DNA from: Monocercomonoides exilis PA203
Lineage: Eukaryota > Protista > Preaxostyla
Reading direction: 5' to 3'
Length of the DNA stretch: 64,000 nucleotides
Assembly: GCA_001643675.2 (NCBI GenBank)
Contig: LSRY02000057.1
Location: 248,001 to 312,000 of the forward strand
Each line of letters begins with the position of its first letter. The first letter of the stretch is position 1. Made by a program: the position numbers and the translations under genes. Positions 53,867-64,000 of this stretch are shown one piece after another. The notes under the pieces are model-generated. The model had not been told where the DNA came from. It worked only from the letters and a program-made list of their open reading frames with translations, and searched no databases.

Positions 53867-55223
53867 TTATGAATTAAACAGAAAATTAATTGCCAATTCA
53901 ACTGATCTATTGCAAGCACAATAAGCTTCTGCAGCCTGGCGAGTGCTAACTTCAGTCAGAGAAACAATCTTTTCAATGTCATCTTTGTCTCTTTGTGTAA
54001 GTTGTATCGTCAAGCCCGCAGCAGTCTCTCTGAAAACTGGCTCAGGCCCTCTATCTTCTTCATCTTCACCCTGTGTTGCCTCAGGAGTCGGGCCAGCTGA
54101 AGCAGAAGCAGATGGCGTTTGCTCTGCTTTTTCCTCCTCTTTCTTCTCTTCGTTCTTCTTCTTTCGATGCTCAAATGGGACAATCTCAAACAAGACATCT
54201 CCTCTGAGTCGATGTGTTCCACCAAGTCTGAAGCCACCGACACGCTGGGCAAGATCATTCACCTGATCTCCGCCATCCCTCCCGTTTGCCAAAAGTCGCT
54301 CAATTGCTGCTTCTCGGTTTCCATTCTCGATCCGCAATGCAGTCGCTGACTGTGTCCTATCAAAACCCAAAGTATTAACCATGTAGTCGACACGCCTGTT
54401 AAACTCCTCTTCTGATATCCTTCCTTCAGCCGCTGCTGGTTGCGCTGCTCCGTCATCCACAGTACGCGCCGGAACTGGAAAGTTCGGCAAATGAAAGTTT
54501 TGGGCAGGAACCTTTGGATTTGCTCGAGGAGGTACATAAATTGGCATTGGCTCAAATTGAGGTTGGGTTGCTGGGTTTGTTGCAGCTTCTGCATTCGCTT
54601 CATCTTCGCTCAAATCCTCATATTCATCATCTTCTTCTTCTTCATTCTCTTTTCCTTCTGATAAAGGTTGATAAAATAAACTGGCTTTCTTCTTCTTCTT
54701 CTTCTTCTTTTGGGAGTTATGAATGTCTGAACCTAGACTAAATTTGTCATCAGAAAAAATTTTTTTAAAAAATAATTATTTTAATTTCAATTTTTTAAAA
54801 TTTAGTAAAACAACTTTTCCAATGCGTTGGTAGTATCTCCAGTTCCTAAAGGATCAAGAATTATTCCTTCCTCTTCGGGAATGTAATCTGGCTGAATATT
54901 TTTGATAAAATTACATTTTAAATGAAAAATAGAAGGAAAAAATCTCAAAACGTACATCTCTAACTCTAACAACGAGAATGGATCTTTCAACCTTTTGAAA
55001 AAAGCAATCAATTTAGAAAAAATGAAAAAAAGAATCACACGATTCTGCAATCTGCAACAGTTGAATCATCTTCTAAAAGCTTTCCTTGGAATAATATAGT
55101 TTGATGTTCCACTTTGCAATCTTTTAAATGTTGTATGTGTTCTTTAATATGTCTGACCGTGTCTGAAGGTTGAATATCTATTTGAAAAGTCTCAATTCCA
55201 ATAATTTTTACAGTTACTCGCAT
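53867..55223 (-). CDS. RAD23: Rad23-like UBL-UBA-UBA ubiquitin shuttle protein (4 exons)
   Basis: N-terminal ubiquitin-like domain (MRVTVK..DTVRHIKEHI..FQGKLLED..|VERSILVVRVR), UBA1 (TLGFDRTQSATALRIENGNREAAIERLL) and UBA2 (LTQRDKDDIEKIVSL..AAEAYCACNRSVELAINFLF). Introns 54992-55040, 54892-54955 and ~54738-54814. Confidence 0.75.
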
Positions 55224-55442
55224 AAACAGCTATTTTAACATAAATTTTTAATAATAAATGTATAGAAATATGTTGTTTTAATTTCAAAAAACCATCCAAA
55301 CCAAAACAGGAAAGTATTGAAATAAATATGGGCGTTAATTCGTTTTGTTTTTTAATGCATTGATTATATATTCTAATAATGTTTTTTTGAATTTTTTGTT
55401 ATCCATTTTCTGGATATACCATTATTTCTTTTTTATTTGCTC

Positions 55443-57128
55443 ATGTCCACAAAAGTGATCCCTGGAACAGCTGAAAATGATGCAGTTAAACGATTAGAGG
55501 AAATAATTTTTGAAGATAATGATGATGGAGCTCTTGAAGCAGGAAAACAAAAACAAGTTGAGCGGCCTCCTGATGAGGTTCTTAACGAAGATATTGCAAG
55601 GATAACTGTCTTGTTTGATGACATTAAAACGGATTATGTCAAGGCTCTTTTAGAGGCTAATTGGGGTCAAGGAGATTATCTCAATAAATGCATTGATTTT
55701 ATCGTAGGGACTGAAGGAAAATATCCAAAGGAGCCAAACACCAAAAAAGCGTTGCGACCGGTCAAACAACATACAAATTTAGCAACATGCAACCTTCAAA
55801 GTCATTTGCGTTATATGGATGATAAATCAACGGTTACTGTTGGATATAGAAAGTTTGCAATGCATCACATGGTGGTCTCATTTCCTTTGGTTCATCAGTT
55901 GTTTATAACTGCAGCTCTGAGGCAGCATAATTTTCATCTCACTCCTTCTTGGTTACTTTTATGGAAACTTCAAAAACAACTTGAAGAAAAAGAAAAAGAA
56001 GAGGAAAAGATAGAATATGAATCAGGTGGGGGATCATCATCATCTACTCCAAGCAATAAAACAGTGTTTACTCCACTTACTTCGCTTCCAAAAGAACTTA
56101 ATGTCGACACATTGCGCAGAAGCATCCTTTCACTTCCAAACCAGCCTATGCAAATACAAGGATCGGATCCAGCATTTGAAGAAGAGATGATTCACCTAAA
56201 GTATGTTGAAGACAAAAAGCGAGAAGCAAGAGAACATCGATTAAAAGTGTGGAGAGTGCAAAAACAGCTAAATGAAGAAAAATTCAGTCCCGACGGGTAC
56301 TATGTTGATTGCCCATCCTGCTACGATGAGGTTGTGAGCGTTGACTGTGTTGAGTGCCCGAAAGGTCATCCGATCTGCCGGAGTTGCTTTAAAGGAATTG
56401 TCAAGAATGCGGTATCCAATATGCAGTCTATGATTCGTTGTGCTGCGAGATCTGACTGCAAAGCTTGTTACACAGAATCTGTCATCAGAAAGGCGTTGAT
56501 TAGAGGAAAGACTTACGAGAAATGGTCTCAGCTGAACGGTCTGATGACAATTAGAGAATCCGGGCTTGACTGCTTTCTCTGCCCATTTTGCGAGTATCCA
56601 GAAGTCAAAACGCCAGGCGTTCCACTTCCGCCAATATTTTACTGCAAAAACCCTTCATGTCGCAAGCTCATATGCACTATTTGCTGCAAGGAGGCACACA
56701 AAGAAGGAGAGAAATGTCCGAAGCTTGTTGATGAAGAAAACGAGGCGTCTCTTATTCGCTATGTGCAGATGGCAATAGATGAGCGATGGATTCGTTATTG
56801 TCCGAAGTGTCATGCACCTATTGTGAAACTGCAAGGCTGCAATCATATACGATGCCGTTGCGAGCACAACTTTTGCTGCATTTGCCGGCAATCAATTGAT
56901 CAGGATAACCCATCCACGCATTTTGGGCAGCCGCCTACGTATTGCAAGCAGTTTACAGATCAGGATGAGGACGATGAAAAGGAGCTGCAGGAAGCTGCTC
57001 GAAAAGCAGAGGTGGAGTGGAGGAACATGCATCCAGACTACAAAGGGCAGCCTGTCCGCCTGACTGAACTCACCAGATTAAGCATACAGCGAAGAAAGGA
57101 TCAGACCAATGATACTTCAAGCCATTGA
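55443..57128 (+). CDS. RBR (RING1-IBR-RING2) E3 ubiquitin ligase, RNF216/TRIAD3-like
   Basis: RING1 CPSC..CPKGHPICRSC..C..C; IBR CPFC..CKNPSC..CTIC..H..C; RING2 CPKC..GCNHIRCRCEHNFCCIC with the catalytic GCNH cysteine. Confidence 0.9.
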   Translation: MSTKVIPGTAENDAVKRLEEIIFEDNDDGALEAGKQKQVERPPDEVLNEDIARITVLFDDIKTDYVKALLEANWGQGDYLNKCIDFIVGTEGKYPKEPNTKKALRPVKQHTNLATCNLQSHLRYMDDKSTVTVGYRKFAMHHMVVSFPLVHQLFITAALRQHNFHLTPSWLLLWKLQKQLEEKEKEEEKIEYESGGGSSSSTPSNKTVFTPLTSLPKELNVDTLRRSILSLPNQPMQIQGSDPAFEEEMIHLKYVEDKKREAREHRLKVWRVQKQLNEEKFSPDGYYVDCPSCYDEVVSVDCVECPKGHPICRSCFKGIVKNAVSNMQSMIRCAARSDCKACYTESVIRKALIRGKTYEKWSQLNGLMTIRESGLDCFLCPFCEYPEVKTPGVPLPPIFYCKNPSCRKLICTICCKEAHKEGEKCPKLVDEENEASLIRYVQMAIDERWIRYCPKCHAPIVKLQGCNHIRCRCEHNFCCICRQSIDQDNPSTHFGQPPTYCKQFTDQDEDDEKELQEAARKAEVEWRNMHPDYKGQPVRLTELTRLSIQRRKDQTNDTSSH

Positions 57129-58010
57129 AATTGCAATATATCTTCTATTGTTTATTCTCAAGCTATGTCATTTTGCCTTTCATAATTAAATGCTTTTTTC
57201 TTATATTTTTCTCTCTTTTCCTTCTCTTTTTCCTTTCTCCTCTAATATTTAACTGAAATTTTTTTTAAGCTATTTGACACATACCAAATTTGCTTTTTCT
57301 TTTGACTTGAAAAAATTTGGTGGCATAACCTTTTTTTTATAATTATTATTATTTGTTTGGAAATTCTTGCTTGATTCGAACTGAGTATGCTCGATCTGTT
57401 TTTCAAATTATCATGTTGTGGAAGTTAATTCATTTGTTTAATTTATTTCTTCAAATTATCTTATTTTAACATTTGCGACATAGGGTCAATGAAACTTTCT
57501 ATTTTTCGATTTTAATTAAGCCAAGAGCAATGCACATTGTGTTTATAAATTAATGAACTACGATTCATTGGTAAGAGAAAATTGAATTGTATTCAATATA
57601 ATTTCACGGCTTCATTAACAATTGTTGAAATTGCAAACTAGAATCCTCCATTTTTTCAATAGCTTTTCTAGTGAAAACACAAATCAAAACGGGTTATGAT
57701 ATTGTTGGAATTGAAGAGCGATAAGAAGGCTTGAAAATGGAAAATGACAAAAAATTTGGAAAGTTGATAAATTCGTTATGGGAAGAAAGTATTTTCTTTA
57801 TGAGTTTTGTTTCATTCAATTATTTCAAGTATTTTGCTCGTTATTTTTTATTATTTTCTTTGTAATAATGAAAGGGGATGAAAGACTTAAAATGATTCAG
57901 TGAGGAAAAAGTTTGGAACAAAACACAGTTTTTTATCACAAATGAAAAAATTTATTTCCAGTTATTTTTCTTTTATCGAGTAGTGCATTTATTTATCAAA
58001 AACATTAATT

Positions 58011-58447
58011 GGGTGATTCTTTTTGAAAAAATATTTTCTATCTAAATATTCGAATTGACATTTTTCGTCAATAATGTATGATCAATCTTGTGCCTTAATA
58101 AAAATCATTAATGAACTTATATCGGGGATAATCCTTGCATTTGTGAAAAAAACAACGATTTGTTCCAATTTTTTTTCTCTAACTTTATTGTAATAAGTTT
58201 TTCATTCCCAATTCAAAAAAGAAAGTGGATAAAATTAAAATTTGAGAAAAAAATTTGTTGGAAAAGAATGGAACAAAATTCAGAAAGCTCAAAATTTCGT
58301 CCCATATGTATTTCGATGACAATAATCATGTGAAAGGCAATAATTAAAGAACATTGAACGCTTTTTTGAAAATTCTTTTGCAAATTACTATGAATAAGAA
58401 AATTTCACATACACACCAAAAAAAACATGATTTCAAAAATTATCGCC
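58011..58447. mobile_element. Degenerate MITE (GGGTGATTCTTTTTGAAA terminus), TSD AATT, containing a nested family B MITE
   Basis: The left end is identical for 19 bp to the 9333 MITE end. Right end tttcaaaaattatcgcc. AATT on both flanks. Confidence 0.5.
58124..58303. mobile_element. MITE family B copy 2, TSD ATAT
   Basis: Homology to 36673-36851. Ends gggg...gtccc with ATAT flanks. Confidence 0.6.
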
Positions 58448-59669
58448 AATTTTTTTCACATATTTTGTTGTCTGGAGCAAAAATGCTTTCATTTTTAAAA
58501 TTCAAACAGTTATTTAGGGAAAAATATTTCACCTCAGGTATTTCATTGAAAAATTTCGCACATAAGATGAATATTTTGTAATCAAATAATTTTTCATTAT
58601 TTTATATATGTGTGATTATTAAAAAAATCATATTATTTCTATCAAAGTTTTCGGTTTGAATATTTGTCATGAACATTTGTTGATGAACACTGAATAGTGA
58701 TTGATCTGTTATTTGACTTTTCCGATATTTTTTCATTCCAACTTTTGCTTTTGAAACGATTGATAAACATTAAATATTAGAAAGACAATTATTTTTCTAA
58801 CGACAATAAATTTTCAAAATATTAAACACCCCGAAAATAGTTATTATTACTAATATAATCGCCAATATGTGAGAGGTCACAAAAGATAATGTTATGATAT
58901 CATTTAGACTTGTTAACAGAAATGAAATCCTCTCTCTTTTTCAATCTGCGAGATTTTGAAGTTTTTTCGAAAAACAAAAATTTTATGATTTGTGAAAAAA
59001 ATTTCACAGTTTCTATTTTTAAACTTGTTTGTCAAAATAGAAAAGTGATAATACCAATAAAAAACATTTTTATCTTTCTTATTCATCAACAGTTGTCTTT
59101 TGATACAACCGAAATGAATTTCACATTTCATCATTAAATTATTTCAATAAACATACACAAATAAGCTATGATTTCATAAATAATCTCACATTTAAAAATT
59201 TCACAAAAAAATGAATTCATGAACGTTTTATGATACCGATTCAAAATGAAATATTTCATTCATTTTTATGGTCACTTTCCTTTTGAAGACGAAATAAGAA
59301 TAGAAGTTTGCTTATTATTATTTGAAATTGATAAAATAATGAATTCTGAGAAAGTTTTTATTTCGAGAGATGTTGAAAGTTTTAATTTCTCAAAATTTTT
59401 GAATTGACTGAATATATGATATATGAACAATGACATTGTCGAAAACATATTCATAAAATTGAATTTTTAAAATTCATAATGATAATTGCATGATAATTGA
59501 CATTCAAAAATTGAACCATAAAAAATGTTTCAACAGCTGTAAACTCCAAATAAAACCTTACTCTTACAACAACATCGAAAAAGAAGAGCAACAACTTTTT
59601 TAGCTTTTTCTTTGCAATGGATATGCACCATCAAAAGGATTTAAAGCAGGTCTTTTTTAAGATAGAAGC

Positions 59670-59870
59670 AATAAAAAATCCACATTCTTCAGGTGCAGCT
59701 CAACAACCTGTACAAACCAAATTCGGAAGAAAGGCAAATCATTCAAAATGTAATTCAACAACATGCTCCTTTTCATCGGCCAGAGCAAAATCGTTGCCAA
59801 TCGTGGAGCAGATATTGATTCCTTCGTCAAAGCACAACAAACACCATGCACGATAACCGGGATTCCATTG
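59670..59870 (+). pseudogene. Relic of the same surface-protein family as 4560-4790
   Basis: Translates to CSSTT..Q.KIVANRGADIDS..QQTPCTITG, matching CGSTT..QNKIVASNGTDADAC..QQTPCATIG at 4585-4755. Confidence 0.55.
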
Positions 59871-61939
59871 AAGACTCAGCTATTTTTTGGCCAAAATTAT
59901 CTTTTATAGTCTATGTGTGTTATTTGTCTTTCCAAGCGAAGGTTAAAGGATTTCAGTGATTTCGATGGTTTTCCAAATCCGCGTTCAATTCCATTCAGAT
60001 AGCATTCTTCATCGAACATGTCCCCATTTTTATTGAAACTTTATCTGATTTATCGAAAATTTACAAATTGCTTGAATTGAAAAAAAAATCCTTGGAATCG
60101 CAATTGGGCATCAATCACTCTGCGTTTGTTGTGAGGTTTGAATTATTTTTTCATTTGTTCTGTACCATTCGCTTTCATATTTCTTTTCACCCTTTTGGAA
60201 TTTTTGGAATATGAATTTGAAGATGTGGTTGATTTTTATTGAAATACACTCAATTTATCAGAAAAGCGCTGGCTTTTGGGTGGTTCTGTATTGGAAGGAT
60301 TTGCATGGGAAGAAAAGACATTATTATTGGAGCAATTGAAAGCGAGTCATGAGACAGAAGAATTCAAAGAAGATGGTGGAAAAGAAAGCGAAAGGATGGA
60401 GTTTATGAGAGGGAGAGGGAAGAGATGGAGGCTTAATCAATGCAGGAAGGAACACGAGGAGCAAGCGATTACAAAGGGAGAAGAGGCAGATTGAGTAATC
60501 AGTAATTCGCAATGAGAATGCTTGATTTGCAAAGAAGGGCGAATTGTGTTTGTGTTTGTTTGCTGATTAAAATTGTTTTTTTTTTTTGAATGAAGGAAAA
60601 TTTTCAGAATTGAAAAAAGAAAGAGATTAAATTTTTGTTTTTATTTTATTTTACAAAATGTATTTTTGAGTTTTAATACCAACACATTTGTTTTCTTTAT
60701 TTGCTTGATTGCAATCTTTTTTTAACTCTTTTTTTTTTTATACAAATACATATGCAGAGAAAGTTCACAAAACATTTCCTCTCAACAAGCACAAATGGCT
60801 TCTTAAAAGGATCTTTTCGCTGAAAAAAAGCAGATGGCTATTTTTGAAAAACTAACATTGGCTGTGTGCATAAAATGGATCAACATACAAAATGTGGAAG
60901 GAGCAAGAAAGCGAGAGATGAAGAAAGAGAAAGAACTTATTTGGGAAATTTTGGGCGAAGAAGCTGGTGAGATGGTTTTATAAGACAAAACAGATAAGAA
61001 TATGAAGAGCACAATGGAGAAGATAGGAAATGGAGAGGAAGAATAGGAGGAGTTGATGGCGATGACTTTCACAGAAAAGATTTTTTTGAAAGAAGAGCAA
61101 GTTTTGATATGTGAGGACTGAACAGGAAAAAATGATAACAGTTGAGAGAAAAGATGAATTAATATATGACATATTGTAAGGTGATAAGGAAAAGCGAAGA
61201 AGAAAAAAAGAGAAGGAAAAAATGAAAGAGAAGAGAAATTGAGAAACAGTTTTGAGGGAAAGAATTTTCATTGAAAGAGACAAAGAAAAGGGAATTGAGG
61301 AGCGGAAGAGAAGAAGAGAAGTGGAAAGAGAGAAGGGAAAAGAAAGACTCGCCATCTGATTGCGTTGGGAGAGAAGGCTTTTAATAATTTGGAACAACGC
61401 ATTCAAAGGGTAATTTTGAGGGTATGTATTTTGAAATGGTATTTGTTGCTTTTTGTGCTTTTGTCATTCAACAATTTTTGTTTGATAAGTTTCTTATTAT
61501 TTTCTGGTGAATGCACTGTTAAGAACATGGAAAAATCCAACTTTTTATGAAAAACAAAGCATTATCTGATTACAAATTGTTTTGTCATTCAGGTGATGCA
61601 AGATTGATTCCCATCATTTGTTGCATTGATTTGGACATATTTCATCTCTCTGTTTGACGTTTCTTTTTGTTTGTAATTTTTTTATTTTTATTCTTTTTAT
61701 TTTTCAATTCGAAAAATTATCATCTGTATCAGCAAATACAGATTCATTCCTGAAAAGAACTGAAGAAATGGCGTTGCCTTGGAACTGTCTCAGACGTTTT
61801 CCAAACACTCACAAAGTGATTGCTGAAAGAAGTTTTTTGATCTTACCAATTGCACAGAAAACCATAATTTATTTCAATTTGATCATCCGGAAAAAAATAA
61901 AAATTTTCAAATCAAAATTGATTTTAATTCCAAAAGAGA

Positions 61940-64000
61940 ATGCATATGTTCCTTTTTGCATATTTGATTCTTTGGAGGACACTTGAAGCACAAGATGTCT
62001 CTGGTGCTGCAACATTGGAAAACAAAGGTATTATTTGGCATTAACATTTTTTAATTAATTGTATTTATTTTGGTCAAGGAAACTTGAATGATGCACAATT
62101 TATCTCTAAGACATATGGTTATTATTTATCTAAGCAGGGAAATACATCAGGAGCTAAAAGATTGCAATCAGGAATATCTGCAGTTGTTAATACATTTTTG
62201 GCATTCCACAATTCTACAGTCTTACTCAAGAATTTGGCAATTGAACATTTATTTTCATCTTTCATGCATATTACAGATAAATCAACAATCACAATTGATT
62301 CCTGCATTTCCCACAAAAAATCTGAATCTCCTTTTCATTTGCAAAGTGGGTCAATCAGCATGGTTAATTTGAGTTTGATCCCTCAAAAGAATCTGAACCC
62401 TTCCAGTCTCATATTTTCATCTGATGATTCAAATATTGCTATTTTGAGAAATTCGATCATGATGGATCTGACTGTATCATCCTCAGACTATTTTCTGTTG
62501 TCCGGAAAGAGCAAAAATGAACAAATTAATAACTGTGCCTTCTGCAATATTTCTGTCAAACAAATAAAGAACAGTGATTATCACATTGACCATTCGTGTT
62601 TGTTGAGTTCAATGGAAAATAGTTTCATTTATTCGTGTGTGAATGCCTTTGAAGGAGGGATCTCAAGTGGATCTTATTCTTCACAGAAGTTTGTCTGCAG
62701 AAACACATCAACAAGCTTCGGGAAAAGAGAAGCGAATGATCTCCAAAGAAAAGAAAAATTGGACACAACTAGCAGCCAATCCTTTTCATTGTGTGAATGG
62801 GTTGATTGCACATCTCCACAAGGAGGTGCTCTTTATGTTCATGACAATGAAAATGCAATTCTCAGAGTTGAGAATTCATCATTCACAAGATGCAATGCTT
62901 CCTCAACAAGAGGTGGAGGAATATATGTATTGAAAATTGCAGAATGTATTGTTCAGCACACTTTATTTGTCCAATGCACAGCAGCAGCAACCGAGGGATA
63001 TGGGGGTGGAGGAATAATGATCGAAAACGGTTTTGTTCAACCTATGGTTGATAATTGTTTTTTTTATAACTGTTCGTCGGGCAATGACGGTGGAGCAATA
63101 AATCTTCGTCCGACAATTGCTCAAAGGCAAAAGCGCTGTATTATCAATTCATATTTTGATAGCTGCAGATGCAATTCTTCAGTTGATGGCACAGGTGGTG
63201 CTATCGAACATTGGAACGGTATTGATAAAGTTATCATTTCGAATTGTTTCTTTTGTCATTGCTATTCGATGTGTGGAGGTGGTGCTGTATCGGAACTGAT
63301 TAATGATGTTAACAATGGAATTTTATTTTATTTTTGCTTTTTCCACAATAACACATGTGTAAATGGTGGACATGATATTTCTCTGTACGATTCTACTGAG
63401 AGTAATATTGACTCAAGTTGCTATTCAACAAGGAATTCATCAAATAGAGTCAGCACAAATCATCATTTTATTGCTGATCAAAGCAGTTGGCTTAGAAACG
63501 ATTTTGGAAGAATCAGATTTGTTTCTTCGACTGAAACGCAATCAAATGCCAAAGATACATTTGCATGTGGATTGGATGAAAGTCACCCATGCAACTCCAT
63601 CAGCCATTGTTTGAGTCAACTTATTCCAGACTTTGTAACCGATATTGAGATAATAACAGGAACGATTACAGAGAGTAGGAGCGTGGACTGCAGTTCCAAC
63701 ACTCACGCAATATATGGCCAGAGTGATTTGAGTTCAACGATACAAACAGATTTTAAAGAAACAAGTTTATCTCTTTTTTCAGTCTCTACAGGCACATTGA
63801 CTGTCAGAGACTTTATTCTTGTGCACGACTCGGCACATGCAAATAATCGTGCATCAAGTTTATTTGAGATTACTGGAACGGGAGAGATGCATATCAGCAG
63901 GATGAACATTTCTGCTGGAAGTGGAGAATCATCAGAAACAGCATTTTCGACAGAACTGATAAATGTTCAGAGTGGTATGTTGCAGATGGAAAATGTGAAC
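61940..64000 (+). CDS. Secreted/surface Cys/Gly-rich repeat protein, apparently intact, 3' partial (intron 62028-62078); absent from the ORF track
   Basis: Signal-like MHMFLFAYLILWRTLEAQD and a phase-1 GT..AG intron, then an open frame to the window end with SFSLCEWVDCTSPQGGALYV, SFTRCNASSTRGGGIYV and FACGLDESHPCNSISHCL. Confidence 0.8.

Overview
AT-rich eukaryotic genomic DNA with short GT-AG introns and the standard genetic code. The gene families resemble those of oxymonad/metamonad protists such as Monocercomonoides (inference). The first 28 kb is rich in transposons: a decayed Merlin/IS1595-type transposase, two pogo-type (DDE_1) elements with intron-containing transposases, and several GG...CC MITEs with 4-bp TSDs. 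The main discovery is a 5,197-bp element (11302-16498) with apparently identical ~1.2-kb terminal inverted repeats, AG...CT ends and a T6 target duplication. Its only large gene is a decayed Prim-Pol/SF3-helicase fusion; it has no integrase, pPolB or capsid gene. Each end carries a 250-bp fold-back module, and the element sits inside a pogo element. It looks like a transpoviron- or Polinton-satellite-like linear replicon. Host genes: a motif-degenerate eIF4A paralog, a disrupted Cys/Gly-rich receptor with a pseudokinase tail (plus relics and one apparently intact relative at the right edge), a spliced ~4,684-aa PPP phosphatase gene that joins three large ORFs, a Rad23-like UBL-UBA-UBA gene, and a head-to-head RBR E3 ligase.
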